Positions 13,030 to 26,558 are shown, counted from the whole stretch's first letter. The stretch is 63,818 nucleotides of DNA, filler included, from Stramenopiles sp. TOSAG23-6 (GCA_900128565.1; 35 parts of 35 records of this genome joined end to end with filler, not necessarily neighbours in it), one strand, 5' to 3'. Program-made: numbers and translations. The notes: a model not told the origin generated them from the letters alone.

Positions 13030-13829
13030 TGAGAAGGGAATAATACACATTTGGTCCGTAAAGACTTCAAAATTGATATATAGAATGAAAAAATATTTCA
13101 AAATTTTGTAATTTGTTAGGAATTTTCATATGAAAAAAAAAAATAAATTCGAAATTCATGATGAAACACCTACAGAATCGATCTTCCCAGTAGTAAAGTT
13201 GATTATTTTAGCGATTGATTTTTCTGAGCAGATGAGTCCAAATGAACCACAATTTGAAATTGAGCAACGTTTCAGCCATTTGCTTTTGCCCTTGAGTATT
13301 ACTGGACGATTTTTAGGGTTAGGGTTTTTACCTTGAGTATTCCAAATACGTAAATAAAAAGAATAACCCAAACTCCTCTAGTATGTGAAGTAAACGTTTT
13401 CAAACACTCACCAGTACTCGCCTCCCATAACTTGAGTGTTGAATCAGCAGATGCAGATGCAATTAATCGGCCTCGTGGAGAAAATGCACACCGCCAAACT
13501 TCTTTTAAGTGACCTTTTAGAATGGATAAGCAATCACCAGTTGCTGTACACCATACCCTGAGGGTTTTGTCAGCAGACGCTGAAACGGCGAACTTTGCAC
13601 TTGGAGAGAAGTCACAGCCCCATACAGCTGCAGTATGTCCACGAAGTACTAAAAGGCATTTTCCATATTGTACATCTGTATCCTTTATTGACCAAATTCT
13701 GACTGTGCAGTCAAACGAACCAGAAATTAGTAGACTTCCATCAAGTGACACACAGATGTTATATATAGAGCCCTGGTGGCCACTTAGCTGAAGTGCCAAA
13801 CGTGGTTTCGCTCCAAAACTATTACCCAT
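13030..13829 (-). CDS. WD40-repeat protein with predicted N-myristoylation; frame discontinuity near 13370
   Basis: MGNSFG; several GH...W repeats (LSGHQ, LRGHT, LKGHL, FTSHT). Confidence 0.8.
13078..13173 (-). mobile_element. Introner-like GT...AT intron (96 nt, GTAGGT donor)
   Basis: Joins GKIDS|INFEVF in frame; CCTAAC branch motif; ends CTATAT. Confidence 0.7.
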
Positions 13830-14089
13830 TTTGAAAACTACTGGAAAAGTGTCCTACATAATTATGATAAACGTCTTTAATGATGAATCTCAAAAAATCA
13901 TCAATTATATAGTACCTCCCCTGTGATCTAGATCTGAAAGAATGAAATATTTTTTTCATTTTTTGATTCTTTTGAATTTTTCGACCTGTGCCATTCAAAA
14001 TTTTACGTCTTCTTGCTGTGCAAGCATTTCGACAAGAAAAACGCGCGGTCAACGTGCATGTTTTTATATAATAGAAGTGCCTCACTATA

Positions 14090-14641
14090 ATGCCTCCACG
14101 TTTAATTTCTTCTCCCCTAGAGAGGACGAGTCAAAGCTCACTTTCACATGGTTCGACGAAATTACTTTCAGAAGACTCGAAATCCAAGAAGCATTTTCCT
14201 GACGTAAAGACCAGCAGCAGTAGTTTGATTCACTTTTTCTACAACCCTGAAATTTCCTTATTTCATAATGCTGTACTTTGGTGGGCTTGGGAATCCTTCT
14301 TCCATCATTTTTATTTCTTCGTTTTGTTTGTTCAGCGTCAAGCCTCCGATACCGAAGTGAAGTGGGAACTAAATCTCGAGAAGGAGGCTCTATTCTTTGT
14401 ATCGCTCATGGATGGTGACGCATATTTGCTTGCGAAGCAATGCATTACACTAGCAGCTGGTATGTGGCATTCTGCAGCAAATCCAACTTTTGAGCAGAAA
14501 GAATGGCTTGGTGAGTTAATTATCAATTTTCAGCACACCGAGGGCATCATCCATACATGGATTCTCGTAGCTACAAGTATAATTATTTTTCAAATGGGTC
14601 GAAGTCGTTCGGATAATGATGCTTTTTCTTTTGTTACTTGA
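14090..14641 (+). CDS. Hypothetical membrane protein
   Basis: ORF divergent from the WD40 gene; hydrophobic segments. Confidence 0.4.
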   Translation: MPPRLISSPLERTSQSSLSHGSTKLLSEDSKSKKHFPDVKTSSSSLIHFFYNPEISLFHNAVLWWAWESFFHHFYFFVLFVQRQASDTEVKWELNLEKEALFFVSLMDGDAYLLAKQCITLAAGMWHSAANPTFEQKEWLGELIINFQHTEGIIHTWILVATSIIIFQMGRSRSDNDAFSFVT

Positions 14642-14794
14642 TNNNNNNNNNNNNNNNNNNNNNNNNNNNNNNNNNNNNNNNNNNNNTTAATTAATTAANN
14701 NNNNNNNNNNNNNNNNNNNNNNNNNNNNNNNNNNNNNNNNNNACAAAATTTCGTACGAAAAAAAAATTCGAATTTGAAAAAAAATAAAACATAC

Positions 14795-15591
14795 ATACTC
14801 GCCTCATTAAAAGACAAATCTAAAAGTTGAAGACGAGGAAGTTTACTAAGAACGTTGGCAATAGCTATGCAACCTGTTTCTTCGAGCGCTGTATCTTGGA
14901 GGTTCAGTTCAGTAAGGAGAGGGGTATTACAAAGAGAATTTGCCAAAGCACGAGCTCCACCAACACCCAAGCTATTATCTGCCAAATCAAGGCTTATAAG
15001 TTGTCGACATTGACCAAGGGAACGACCTAGTGCAATACCTCCTTCCTCTCCACAACGTGTCGAACCAAGTCTAAAATCCTCCATATATGGACAAAACCCA
15101 AGTAGATCAGCAGCTGCTACAGCTCCACCAGATCCAGACATATTATTATAAAAATGAAGAAGACGCAGAGCGCTCTTCTGTGTACCATTAACAGTTACTT
15201 GGTTGAAAACTTCTTGACAAGCATCAGCGGACAACCCATCATTTTGCAACTTTAGTGATTGTNNNNNNNNNNNNNNNNNNNNNNNNNNNNNNNNTAAAGC
15301 GTCACAGAGAATCTTTAGAGATCGGAGGGCTATATCTTCTGGAATGCCTGATATAATATCAGCAAAATCAACAATTTCTAAGTTCATCATTCGATTTAGC
15401 AAAATAGCTAATACTTTACCACCTTCATTGGTTATGGACCGCGTAGAAAAACAGATAGTTTTTAAGTCGGGAAGAGGAGTGTTGGTTGTTACATCAACTT
15501 GTGAGAGGTTCTCGTTGACCAATTGCTGTGCTTTCTCACCACTGAGAAGACCGCGAGCGCCCCTTATATCCAAATCATATTTCTCGCACAT
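14795..15591 (-). CDS. RANGAP: Ran GTPase-activating protein (LRR), 3' partial
   Basis: VDFADIISGIPEDIALRSL, LKLQNDGLS, LRLLHFYNNMSGSGGA, DFRLGSTR, LDLADN; ends at an introner donor at 14794. Confidence 0.85.
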
Positions 15592-15862
15592 TCGAGGCTT
15601 TAATGCTTCTATGCACAGGCAGATGCACTTGCTTGATGTCTCAGAAATTGACCGGTAAAAACACGAAATCTAAATCTTTCAGACCGATGATGGAATATAA
15701 ATTTGAGATTTTTTTTTGAGATTATTTGAGATTTGATTTAGATTGTCGTTCGAGTTCGAAGTTCGAAAGATACTACAAATAATATCTTTCTTCTTTCACT
15801 TTATACCAATTGTTTACGGATTGCACGGGTATCGATATTTTGCACATTCAAATAAATAGGAG

Positions 15863-16475
15863 ATGCCTGTGAATAATAATACATCCTCTAGTCCAAGCTC
15901 AAAAAGGGAACTTGCCGCAAATAAAGAAGTCTCAGACTCAGAAGATGAGTTGGAGTCTCTTCAGCGTGAAAAGAAAAAAGTTGAAGCGAGTCTACTCAAG
16001 TTAAATATAGACCCAAATTTGATTTATAAAAGTGTAGGAAGGCACTGGAATATGGCAAAAACTGTTGTTGATGAACAATACATGCACAATATAGGACAGT
16101 CACGTGCTGAGCATGAATTATTCAACTCCTGGAAAAACAAAAAGAATAGAGAAGAAATTCCAAATAAAAAAGAAATTCCAGAAAATAAAGAGACTCTCTC
16201 ATCTCATTCTCATTGGAATATGGCAAAAGCTGTTGTTGATGAACAATACATGCACAATATAGGACAGTCACGTGCTGAGCAAGAATTATTCAACTCCTGG
16301 AAAAACAAAAAAAATAAAGAAACAATTCCAAAAAATAAAAAAGAAATTCCAGAAAATAAAGAGACTCTCTCATCACCAGTGGTTCACCGTATCCACATAC
16401 TAAAAACAACTGATGAGAAGAAACAAACAGTAGTACATCCTAGTAGTATTGAGAAAAAACAAACAGTAGTACATC
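15863..16475 (+). CDS. Hypothetical protein with a 168-bp internal duplication
   Basis: HWNMAK.VVDEQYMHNIGQSRAE occurs twice (16043, 16211). Confidence 0.55.
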
Positions 16476-16575
16476 NNNNNNNNNNNNNNNNNNNNNNNNN
16501 NNNNNNNNNNNNNNNNNNNTTAATTAATTAANNNNNNNNNNNNNNNNNNNNNNNNNNNNNNNNNNNNNNNNNNNN

Positions 16576-16993
16576 CATTTAATCGTTGTAACCATTGGCT
16601 TTCTTGCGCGCCAATATCACACATGCATGCATTAAGAACTTTAACAGCAAGATGGCGACGAGGCTTTTCAGGGCTGAAAATATCTTCGACTCGAAAGATT
16701 TGAGAAAATGCTCCACGGCCTACTTCACTTACAAATCTATAACGACCAGCGAGAAGAGGCATCTGAACCATAAACTCTAAAGATCCGTCACTATTAGTAA
16801 GTACCTTATCGTTACTGAATGAATTGGATTCTGAAAAGTGGTGATTTGTATTGTGACCCCACTGGATACCAACACGTTGCTGTGACTCCCGCAGACGGTA
16901 ATGTAATGATTGAAGACCTCTAGTCGCTTGCAACGTCACGTTATCATAGGGTCTGAAAGATATAGCACTTTCAGATTGTGTCTGGGAGGCCAT
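16576..16993 (-). CDS. Ser/Thr kinase N-lobe (CMGC/DYRK-like), 3' partial
   Basis: GRYRFVSEVGRGAFSQIF...LAVKVL...E. Confidence 0.8.
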
Positions 16994-17220
16994 GAAAAAT
17001 TATATTGTCAACACAGCAGATATTTCGACAATGTACGATTTTTTTTTACTAGTAAGGTCAAAAATGACGATTTGTTTTTTGATTGCTCAATTTCGAATTT
17101 CAAATTTATTTTTCGGTTCCTAAATTTTTCGAATCGATGTTTGCAATGCGATGTTTCGGTAAATTGTAATTATCACCACCACGACACCTTTTTAGCCTAG
17201 CGTAAATAAAACTTTAGAAT

Positions 17221-17886
17221 ATGGGAAACAGGAAAAGTTCTCTTTCAAATGATGCACTTGCAGAGTACATGAAGTTATCTAAAGAGAGATTCACGGCGAA
17301 AGAAGTAAAGACTCTCTACGCTCACTTTATGGTAGTCAGTTCTATCGATAGTGCGGATTCTCTAATTGACGCCTCAGAGTTCTCCACTTGTATGGGCTTA
17401 GAGCGTTCCACGTATTTACAAACCCGTATATTCACAGTATTTGATAAGGATGGAGATGGTAGAATAAGTTTCTCTGAATTTATTCAGGCATTATCAGTAC
17501 TCAGTCATAAGGCACCTCAGGACGATAAACTGTCGTTCTCTTTCCGCATGTATGACAGAGACAATGACAGAAAGATTGGGAAGGTTGAGTTAGCTGAAAT
17601 GTTAAAAGCAAGCATACAATCTCTTCCACATAAATTTACAGAGGAACAAATCAACCAATTAATTGATACCACATTTAAGGAAGCCGATCAAAATGGGGAT
17701 GGATACATAAATTTTGAAGAGTATAAAAAAATGTCGTTTCAACACCCACAAATTTTGAGTAACATGACCATGAACATCACTGAAAAAGTACGTGATATTG
17801 AAGTTTTAATGAAAAAATCAAAGAAAAAAAAGAACAAGAAAAAGAAAGGAGGACCAGCAAAGCCTCCTCCCGCTCCTTCTTCATAA
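17221..17886 (+). CDS. Calcineurin B-like EF-hand calcium sensor, complete and intronless
   Basis: MGN start; DKDGDGRISFSE, DRDNDRKIGKVE, DQNGDGYINFEE; KLSFSFRMYD. Confidence 0.9.
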   Translation: MGNRKSSLSNDALAEYMKLSKERFTAKEVKTLYAHFMVVSSIDSADSLIDASEFSTCMGLERSTYLQTRIFTVFDKDGDGRISFSEFIQALSVLSHKAPQDDKLSFSFRMYDRDNDRKIGKVELAEMLKASIQSLPHKFTEEQINQLIDTTFKEADQNGDGYINFEEYKKMSFQHPQILSNMTMNITEKVRDIEVLMKKSKKKKNKKKKGGPAKPPPAPSS

Positions 17887-18488
17887 AGCAAATTAAAAAA
17901 CAAAAATGCGGATTTTATTTTTATTGCTAAAATTCTTTGGAATATTTCGTGTTTTTGCAAAAGTGCTCTATGATGTTTCTATAATAAGTATATATAAAGC
18001 CCGGCGCAATGATTTTTTAATATACAGGTCATTTCATTGAATCTACTCATATGAATATTTTATTTGGTGTGAGGCTTTTCAAAATGAAATAAAATTTGAA
18101 GGACTTTTTTTTTCCCAAATAAAATAAAATTTGAAAAATACTTTTTATTTCACATCAGCAAAGTTGGATAACAACAAAAATATGCTTGTGTTGTAAGTCA
18201 ATTATCGCCAAAATCAAAATAGGTTGTGTCAATCATTAAAACAAAAGCAAAGCTATAGTAAAATTCACACCAAAAAAACAATAATTTGAAAGATTTTTCT
18301 CAAAAATNNNNNNNNNNNNNNNNNNNNNNNNNNNNNNNNNNNNNNNNNNNNTTAATTAATTAANNNNNNNNNNNNNNNNNNNNNNNNNNNNNNNNNNNNN
18401 NNNNNNNAAAAATATTTCAAAAAAAAAATCGTTAGGTACAAAATTTCGTATGAAAAAAAAAAGAATTTGAAAAAAAAATAAAAAATAC

Positions 18489-20028
18489 ATATCTGCTGTA
18501 ACTTCCCGAATAACATTAGTGTCTACAGTAGTCTCAACTGACGTCACAATTACAAGCATTTTAATAATTTCTTCAGTGCAAAATATAAGAGGAAATAAAG
18601 GCAAAATGGCAAATAATACCAAAATGACACGTGTAAAACCTGATACACCAAGTAGATGTGCATTCGTCTCAATAGTTATTGCACCTACTAAACTTGTAGC
18701 AATGTATGCTGTGTACACCGCGAGTAATGAGAGTTGCATCTGTACAATAAAACGGAGAAGGTGAGGTCCAACACTTCCACCAAGGAATAAAACATCATGA
18801 AGATTACTTAAACGAAACTGAACACCCAAAAACTTGCGTGTTAATTTCCGTAAAAAAGATTTTTTATGACTTTCTTGTAGTTTTAATACTCCTGAGGTTT
18901 CAGCATCATGCAAATACGGGGGGAGTAATAAATGTTCTGGAATACTCAAAGGGTCTCTTAAATGTAAAGTAGTGATTTTAGGTGTCACATTCTCATTACT
19001 ATCAAGTAAGTTGACATTGTTATCCCGACCGTTCTGGTGAAGACTTTGATTAGAAAGGTTCTGAGACTTTACATATTTGAAGAATAAATCAGGTATAAGT
19101 TGTTTTTCAATATTACGGAGATGAACAAGTAAACAATATTCCGCCATGAGAAGACACCAACCACCCATAATAATACAAATACAGAACTGCAAAGCAGAGA
19201 ATATAGCGTGAAGTAACCAAAAAAAAGAAAAAACGAACCAAACACAAAGTGTTGTACAAAAATATGTCAAATTCCAAAAATTGTTAGGTATGAAATTTGG
19301 TATGTTTTTTTTTTTTCTTTTTGACGAAAACGTACAACCCAAGTTTTCACAGGGATATCAACAAATTCACCAATCATATGACCATAAAGAATGCCCAAAT
19401 ATTGATCAAAAGAGAAATCTGGAGTTAAATTTATCCCGTTCTTTCGAGAAGTTACTATAAAACGAGTTCTTAGTGCTAAAAAGGATAGTTGATCATGAGT
19501 GACTTTTTGTCCATTACCCGAACATAACCTTTTTGATTTACGTATCTCTTTGAAATGATTTTGTATCAAACTCTGAGGATTAAATATCGCCAATTTATTG
19601 GCAGTGTGCCATGATTTTTCTTGGCGTTTGGCGACCCAGATTAAAAATAATGCTTGCAATAGAAATACAATAACAACAAGAAACAAAATCATATGTAGGT
19701 TTTCCAGCATTTCGTTTAACTCTGTTTCATCTTTTAAGAAATGTCTACTCAGACTTTCCAAAGAATCTGTTTTTCCCATCACAAAAACGACAAGTCCAAG
19801 ACCTCCCATTAAAGTAAGCTCAGATAGTAGTACATGTACCAAGGGTGCCAGTGTACCCTCTGCGTGTTCGTCCAAAAAACCAATAAAAAAGTGTTCAAAC
19901 GAAATACCAAATACGATTAAAACTGAAACAAGCGAAAGCGTTGAAACCGCACACGGATTATCATGTAGCCCGGCTCCAGCGGCAGATAGACCAGGAAGTG
20001 AACATTGTATCTCTTCATCCTCGCTCAT
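18489..20028 (-). CDS. MLO-like multi-pass membrane protein (3' partial; exons 20028-19336, 19261-18489)
   Basis: SELTLMGGLGL, ENLHMILF, FSFDQYL match MLO-family motifs (ELMLLGFI, LHIFIF, FDF.KY). Confidence 0.6.
19262..19335 (-). mobile_element. Introner-like GT...AT intron (74 nt)
   Basis: gtt|GTACGT...TACCTAAC...GACATAT|ttt links two ORFs in frame. Confidence 0.8.
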
Positions 20029-20260
20029 TCTTCTACTACTCGGGTTTACAAATAAAAAGATTCGACTTTTTTTTGTGAGGAGCAAGAAAAAAATCTTCTT
20101 GCTTAACTAAAAATTCTCAATTTTTTTTGTGTATGCGNNNNNNNNNNNNNNNNNNNNNNNNNNNNNNNNNNNNNNNNNNNNTTAATTAATTAANNNNNNN
20201 NNNNNNNNNNNNNNNNNNNNNNNNNNNNNNNNNNNNNTAAGAATCAACAAGAGTTGGATG

Positions 20261-21161
20261 ATGTTCAAGTTCTGGGTATGTCACAACTTCACGAAGTCCA
20301 TTGAAGACATTCTTTCTCTCAATCCTCCTGTTTTCCCTTTTCCCTGTTTTCCTGTGTAGCATCTATCTCACTCTCTGTTCACACATTGCTTATCTTTTTC
20401 ACACGCAGACAAACCCGCCAAAAAGGAAAACACCAGGTATGTAAAAACGAATAATTTTATCTATTTTCATACACTAGAAAGAAACTTCAAATGCAGTTTC
20501 CACTAACAATTTCTATAACTCTTATCTTTTCAACATTACAGATGAACTTGCGAAAGAGTGGACTAGAAATTTACGTAAGGAAATGCGACAGATTGATCGT
20601 GATATTAGAAATATTCAACGAGCTGAAGATAAAGTAAAGAAAAGAATAAAAGAGATTGCGAAGAGAGGCAATCCGAAGTTGCTTATGCCAATGGCAAAAG
20701 AGTTGGTTGCCTCAAGAAAAGCACGAGAGAGGTTGATGACTTCCAAGTTTCATATGAAATCTGTGAGTATGCAGATTAAAGAGCAAAAAGCTATGTTAAA
20801 AATGTCTAAAGTAATGAAAATGAGTACTGGGGCAATGAAATCAATGAACGCTTTGATGAATATGCCCCAGATGCAAAAGGTCATTCAACAAATGTCGATG
20901 GAAATGGCAAAAGCAGGTTTTATAGAAGAACAGGTAGCTGATGCTATGGGTTCTATGGAAGCAGACGACTTAGAAGAAAAAGCAGAAGAAGAAGTTAACC
21001 AGGTTATGATGGACATTTGTGGTGAGCAGTGGGCAAATGTTGGATTTGTTGCAAATCCTAACGCTGCAAAGCAATCGCTAAAACAGCCTGAAGTTGCTGC
21101 ACCTGCAGCTGTGGATACTCAAGCAGAGGATGCCCTTGCGATGCGTCTTGAAGCATTATAA
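20261..21161 (+). CDS. VPS24: ESCRT-III subunit Vps24/CHMP3; canonical GT-AG introns 20276-20408 and 20437-20541
   Basis: PDELAKEWTRNLRKEMRQIDRDIRNIQRAEDKVK...AKELVASRKA...EMAKAGFIEE...RLEAL. Confidence 0.92.
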
Positions 21162-21402
21162 ATATATTATTCATTAAAAAGGAAGTCTTTAACTATCAAA
21201 AGCTGAACTTTTTTTTATTATATGATGTGTGTATGTGTTTATCAATAAGCCAAACAGGTTTGTATGATTCTTCCAAAGTGAGTTCCTCCTGAGTAGTCAG
21301 TTTTTTAAAGGCTTTTTAAAGTACCACTTTCGCGATTATTTACTCTTGATACGTACACGTACTTAGTACTCGTCTGTCTGACTTTCTATTTAGAACGATA
21401 TC

Positions 21403-21942
21403 ATGCTTTGCATTTCTAAGATTACGATTACTTTTATTTTGGTAAGCATCTTATTTTCTTTATCTCTTGTGGATGCAGCAACCTCTGGCAGGACTCTTTC
21501 CCCCCGTACTCCCCGTAGGAACGCGAAACCACCGCCAGATGCTTTTGTAGGTGAAGGCATGAATTTTCTTGGTGTCGGTGGAAGCTCACCGAATGATTAT
21601 TCGACTTCGACAACTCATGCAATTCATTCTGAAGATTCAAGTATAGCTCGGTTGAGTAAAGATGGTGTAAAACCAAAAGTTGACTCTAAGAAACCTAGAG
21701 GATTTCCTTTACGACATAATACAGTGGTCCATTCAGAACCGGAGTCATCGAGAAAAGAAAAGAAAGAAGAAAACCCATGGATCTCGGATAGACAATCAAG
21801 GCATGGTCTTTTTATTAACGGCAGGGGTGAACTGAGAGGCAAATCTTTTGTTAAGGGGTTGAAACAAAAAGAATCACTTTTGCCAGATCTTCCTCTGGCA
21901 AGCAGCACTGAAAGTAACATCATAAACCATACTAAAATGTAA
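21403..21942 (+). CDS. Putative secreted protein
   Basis: Hydrophobic N-terminal signal (ITITFILVSILFSLSLVDA); complete ORF. Confidence 0.55.
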   Translation: MLCISKITITFILVSILFSLSLVDAATSGRTLSPRTPRRNAKPPPDAFVGEGMNFLGVGGSSPNDYSTSTTHAIHSEDSSIARLSKDGVKPKVDSKKPRGFPLRHNTVVHSEPESSRKEKKEENPWISDRQSRHGLFINGRGELRGKSFVKGLKQKESLLPDLPLASSTESNIINHTKM

Positions 21943-22066
21943 AAGTGATGATGTGAAATAGAACTCNNNNNNNNNNNNNNNNNNNNNNNNNNNNNNNNNN
22001 NNNNNNNNNNTTAATTAATTAANNNNNNNNNNNNNNNNNNNNNNNNNNNNNNNNNNNNNNNNNNNN

Positions 22067-23065
22067 ATTTTGTGTATTTTGTGTATTTTGTGTATTTTGA
22101 TTTCCCTGCTGTATATTTGTAGTGTCAAGTAGTGATAGGAAATATTCTTTATGAGTTTGTATATCTGTAATAATTATACCTAATTTATTACCTCCCTTTG
22201 ATAAATGGTATACTAGTAGCATTTTTCTATTATTTAGATTCAGTCGTTGAGTTGTGAGAGATAATTTTGAAAAGGGTATAGTTCTATTTCCTATAACAGC
22301 TAATCGATGCTGGTGTGTTTTCAGCCGACTCGTATAACCACGAGCTCTAGCTTGAATGGTTCGAGCAGCATTATATTTCACTGTAGCAATATTGGAGTTA
22401 TCTGTGTACACTTTGGAATCACAACTAGGAGAAGTTAAAATTCTGCGAGGTATAGGTGTTACATTTTGAGGAGAAGTTAAAGGACTGCAAGGTATTGGTG
22501 TCACATTTTGAGGAGAAGTTAAAAGACTGCGAGGTATAGGTGTCACATTTTGAGACGAAGAAGTAGATGATGGCGGCACAGGCGTCGTTGTTTCCGAAGA
22601 AGATGAAACTGTAAGGATTGATTCTCCGGACGTCTCTGGAGATAATCGAAATACACTTGAAGATGGTGTATTTCGTAGCTGTGAAACTGGGCTGAATAAA
22701 CGTGGTCCATGTGGTAAGCAATACCGTACTTCAAGATTAGGCTTGTCTATCCAAACTCCAGCTGCTCTGCGTATTTCTCCATCATCAAGTGTGGGACCGA
22801 TACTTACAACAAATCTATTTTTTTCTCTGGATTTAAATATATACTCGCAATTGCTACACACTAAATAAGAACATTTCTCACAGCCGTATAGCTGAGACCC
22901 CGCTTTCTGTGTTTCGTTGCATTCAAGACAAGAAATTTTACTAGTTGGGGCACAAAATGACTTTAGAGTATGACCACGAGGACATGAATGGCTACTTTCA
23001 TATATAGATGGTACAGTGGCATCACTTTCTTCTTCCGTTTTTTTTACCCTCTTCCATAATACCAT
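22067..23065 (-). CDS. Cys-rich zinc-finger plus IQ-motif protein with three 39-bp tandem repeats (3' partial)
   Basis: CPRGH...CLEC...CEKC...CSNC; AARTIQARARGY; QNVTPIP x3. Confidence 0.65.
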
Positions 23066-23364
23066 CTTTTTTTATTCCTAATAATGTAGCAAAAAGATAG
23101 AACTTGTACAGTACTATAAAATGTGTAGTTTTTAGATGTTTTTGTATGTTTGTTCCTATGTTTCTTTTTTGACTGATGTAACGATCAAATCAATCAAAAA
23201 TTCAAAATGGAACAAACCTGTTATTGATAGACTGGCCAAAAAAGAATTAAATGACATTGAGCAAACGTGACCGTCTCTATATCGTCTATCTCGCGTTTAT
23301 TATAGTACTCTACCTATGATAAAAGTTTACTGGTCTCCATTGTTGACAGTAAGTTCACTGAAAA

Positions 23365-23795
23365 ATGAGCTGTTGCAAAAATACCGATACATGTACAAAA
23401 GGCACTATTTTTGATAGTAGAAGTCTTTATGAACAGCATCGTAATCTCCATGGATCTAAATGTTGGGTTTGCGCTTTTCAGCGAGAGCTTATTGTATCAG
23501 AACCGTCAATGAAGCAACACTTTTTTGTGTACCTTTTAAAATTGCTTACAAGTTCAACTGTTCAGAAGTCAGTACTGTTCAGTTTAATTTTATCTCCATT
23601 CATACCTTTGCCTGTATTAGTAAATGCCACTGTCTTTGAGAATAGATTACATCCTTTTGCGAAAGACTTGCTATATTTTACGAAAGTCATTTCACCGTAT
23701 TTTCTTTCATGTCTAGTGGCTCTAGCTTGTGTCTTATTGTGGAATACATTCACATTACCAAATAAACAAGTTCGTCACAAAGTACATCACACCCA
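23365..23795 (+). CDS. Hypothetical membrane protein (3' partial)
   Basis: ORF with TM segments, divergent from its neighbour. Confidence 0.45.
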
Positions 23796-23909
23796 NNNNN
23801 NNNNNNNNNNNNNNNNNNNNNNNNNNNNNNNNNNNNNNNTTAATTAATTAANNNNNNNNNNNNNNNNNNNNNNNNNNNNNNNNNNNNNNNNNNNNTTTTT
23901 TTTTTTTTN

Positions 23910-23957
<48 letters not shown>

Positions 23958-23985
23958 AATAAAAAATAAATATTTTTTTGTATAT

Positions 23986-24163
23986 GTTTCACAAAACATT
24001 GAAAAATCTCCGAAAATTCTTGAATTATTACGAATTTTACCTGAAATTAAAAAAGAAGGGAATAAAGTTTTAATCTTTTCACAATGGACTAGTATTTTAG
24101 ATATCATTGAAAGTGTTTTGATACATAGAAAATATAATTTTTGTAGACTTGACGGACAAACTC
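23986..24163 (+). CDS. SNF2-family helicase C-terminal exon (SMARCAD1/Fun30-like), missed by the ORF track
   Basis: SPKILELLRILPEIKKEGNKVLIFSQWTSILDIIESVL...FCRLDGQT. Confidence 0.85.
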
Positions 24164-24185
24164 GTATGTCTTTCATTATGAATTT

Positions 24186-24226
<41 letters not shown>

Positions 24227-24234
24227 TTTTTTCC

Positions 24235-24274
<40 letters not shown>

Positions 24275-24390
24275 ATATATTTTCCTACATTTTATACTAG
24301 TTTTAGATGAAATTTGTTCAGAAATGGGTCATCCTTTAGATCGTACTATTGATACAATTGCTGTTGAAAAGAATTATGAAGAAACGACGA

Positions 24391-24536
24391 GTAGGTTTTC
24401 CTCCTTGAATTTCGAATTTATTTTTCAAATTTTTTTTGAAAAATTTTTTTTGAAAAATTTTTTTTTGACAATTTTTTTTTTTTTGACAATTTTTTTCACA
24501 GATTTTTTTCACAATTTTTTTTTTTTCACAATACAT
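24391..24536 (+). mobile_element. Introner-like GT...AT intron (146 nt)
   Basis: a|GTAGGT...CACAATACAT|gt joins ORF 24324 to ORF 24575 in frame. Confidence 0.65.
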
Positions 24537-24924
24537 GTAGTGAAATCCGTAAGAGAATCAATGCTATACCTGGAATGCCAGTAGTGACACGTGCCGAAAA
24601 ACAAAATATTCGAAAAAAAAAGAAAAATCAACAAAATAAAATGTATATTAATTATACACATTTTATTGAAATAATACGTGAAATGCAGAAAATTGATCAA
24701 GAAAAAAGTAAAAAAATGTATACTAAAAATAGACGAAAAATACGAAAAAATACAAAAAATACAAAAAAAAAGTTAGGTACAAAAAAAAGTACAAAAGATG
24801 AAAGTTGGAAAGATCAAAAAACATTACAATTAGAAGCGAAACAAAGAGACAATGAACGAAGACTTCGTAAATTTACATTAGATGTATATTTTCATTATTT
24901 CAAATTTTTTTTTTTTTTTATATT

Positions 24925-24957
<33 letters not shown>

Positions 24958-25589
24958 GTAGACAATTTTGTACCTAAAAAAAAATTTAAAAAAAAAAAAA
25001 AAAATCAAAAAAAAAAATCAAAAAAAAAAATATTTTCTTTACAATACATCTATGACACTCCAGAAGAGTTAAAAGGGGATTCTTTATTATTGGATCAGTT
25101 GAATTCAATATTATGTAATGGTAAAGAAATCGTCAATGTAGTATTGAGAGACCTACGATGGATGAATTATATTATGATACCCGGTAACAACCCTAACCCT
25201 AATAGTGGTGAAAAAAATGAAAAAAATGAAAAAAATGTTGATTCAAATATACATTTTAAATATTCGTGTTTGAACAGTCGAACAAATTTTATTGATTGGT
25301 TAAAGAAATATCCTGCGTATGCGCTTTATAGTGAAGGTAGATTATTAGGTTTTGCAACAAATGATGAAAAACATTTAAAAAATATAAACAACAACAATTT
25401 ATGTGTTCAAGAGTCACAACAGAAATTTGTAAACACATCAAAAACATCAAAAACATCAAAAACATCAAAAACATCAAAAATATTGTATTATGATAAATTA
25501 CACGAGAAGCGTACGTTGGCATTATTATCTTTATTTTCTTTCAAATATTGTTTTGATTTTTTTTTTCATATGAAATGTTGTACCTAACC

Positions 25590-25621
<32 letters not shown>

Positions 25622-25724
25622 TTTNNNNNNNNNNNNNNNNNNNNNNNNNNNNNNNNNNNNNNNNNNNNTTAATTAATTAANNNNNNNNNNNNNNNNNNNN
25701 NNNNNNNNNNNNNNNNNNNNNNNN

Positions 25725-26463
25725 CGGAGTCGTCGGCGAGCATGTCAATCACGTCGGTTGTGTGGTAGTCGACGACAACATCTGCACCCAGGGCCTTGCA
25801 AAAATCGATGCTCGACGGAGCCGCGGCCGTGATCACACAACCCGCACCCATTGCCTTGGCTAGCTGAATTCCGACAAAACCAGTCCCGCCGGGACCGCTC
25901 GTAATGACCACGGTCTTATTGTCGGCGGGGTCCCACGGACCGCCCGCTTTGCGCAGCGACTCGAGCGATGTCAGGCCAACCAGAGGAAGCGTGGCAGCAT
26001 CGGTGAAGCTCAGGCTCGCCGGCTTAAGACCCACGGCCTTTTCTTGTGCCAAAACGTACTCGGCGTACGTGCCGCCGCGCAAAAATAGAGACTCGGCGCC
26101 AATGTCGGCCCACACGGCGTCGCCGATCTTGAGCCGATCCGAGCATCCCAAGCCCAGCTCAGCAATCTCCCCCGAAACGTCAAAACCAGGTATGAATGGG
26201 TAACGAAACTTTGGAACACCCCCCGATGGCTCGAGGATCTTCCAATCCACTGGGTTGACCGAGGACGCGCGCACGCGGATCAACACCTCACCAGGGCCGG
26301 CCCGCGGAGTTTTCACCGAAGTCGACAGCTCCAGTGCCTCGTCCCACCCGCCAGGGGGCGAACCCGACGCAGGTTGAACCGCCTGTATCGCGGTCATCGT
26401 CGCAGGCGGCTCTGCGCTTGCGCTGGCGGCTCCAAATGCCAGCAGGACGAGCGCGGGGTTCAT
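25725..26463 (-). CDS. MDR/quinone-oxidoreductase-like NADPH oxidoreductase with signal peptide (3' partial), GC-rich
   Basis: GEVLIRVRASSVNPVDWK, PFIPGFDVSG, GTYAEY, AATLPLVGLT, GGTGFVGIQLAKAMGA. Confidence 0.9.
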
Positions 26464-26558
26464 GGCTCTTGTGGTCCTGCTGCTGTCCCGAAAGACAAAA
26501 AAGGCCAGCAAATTTTTCAGGGAGCTCACGAATGGTTCAAAGCTTGACCGAACATATG

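Noticed and set aside
13299-13380. Programmed frameshift in the WD40 gene
   Set aside because: The last WD repeat is also missing its middle (RGVW/GYSF jumps to LRIWN), which suggests a local deletion or misassembly.
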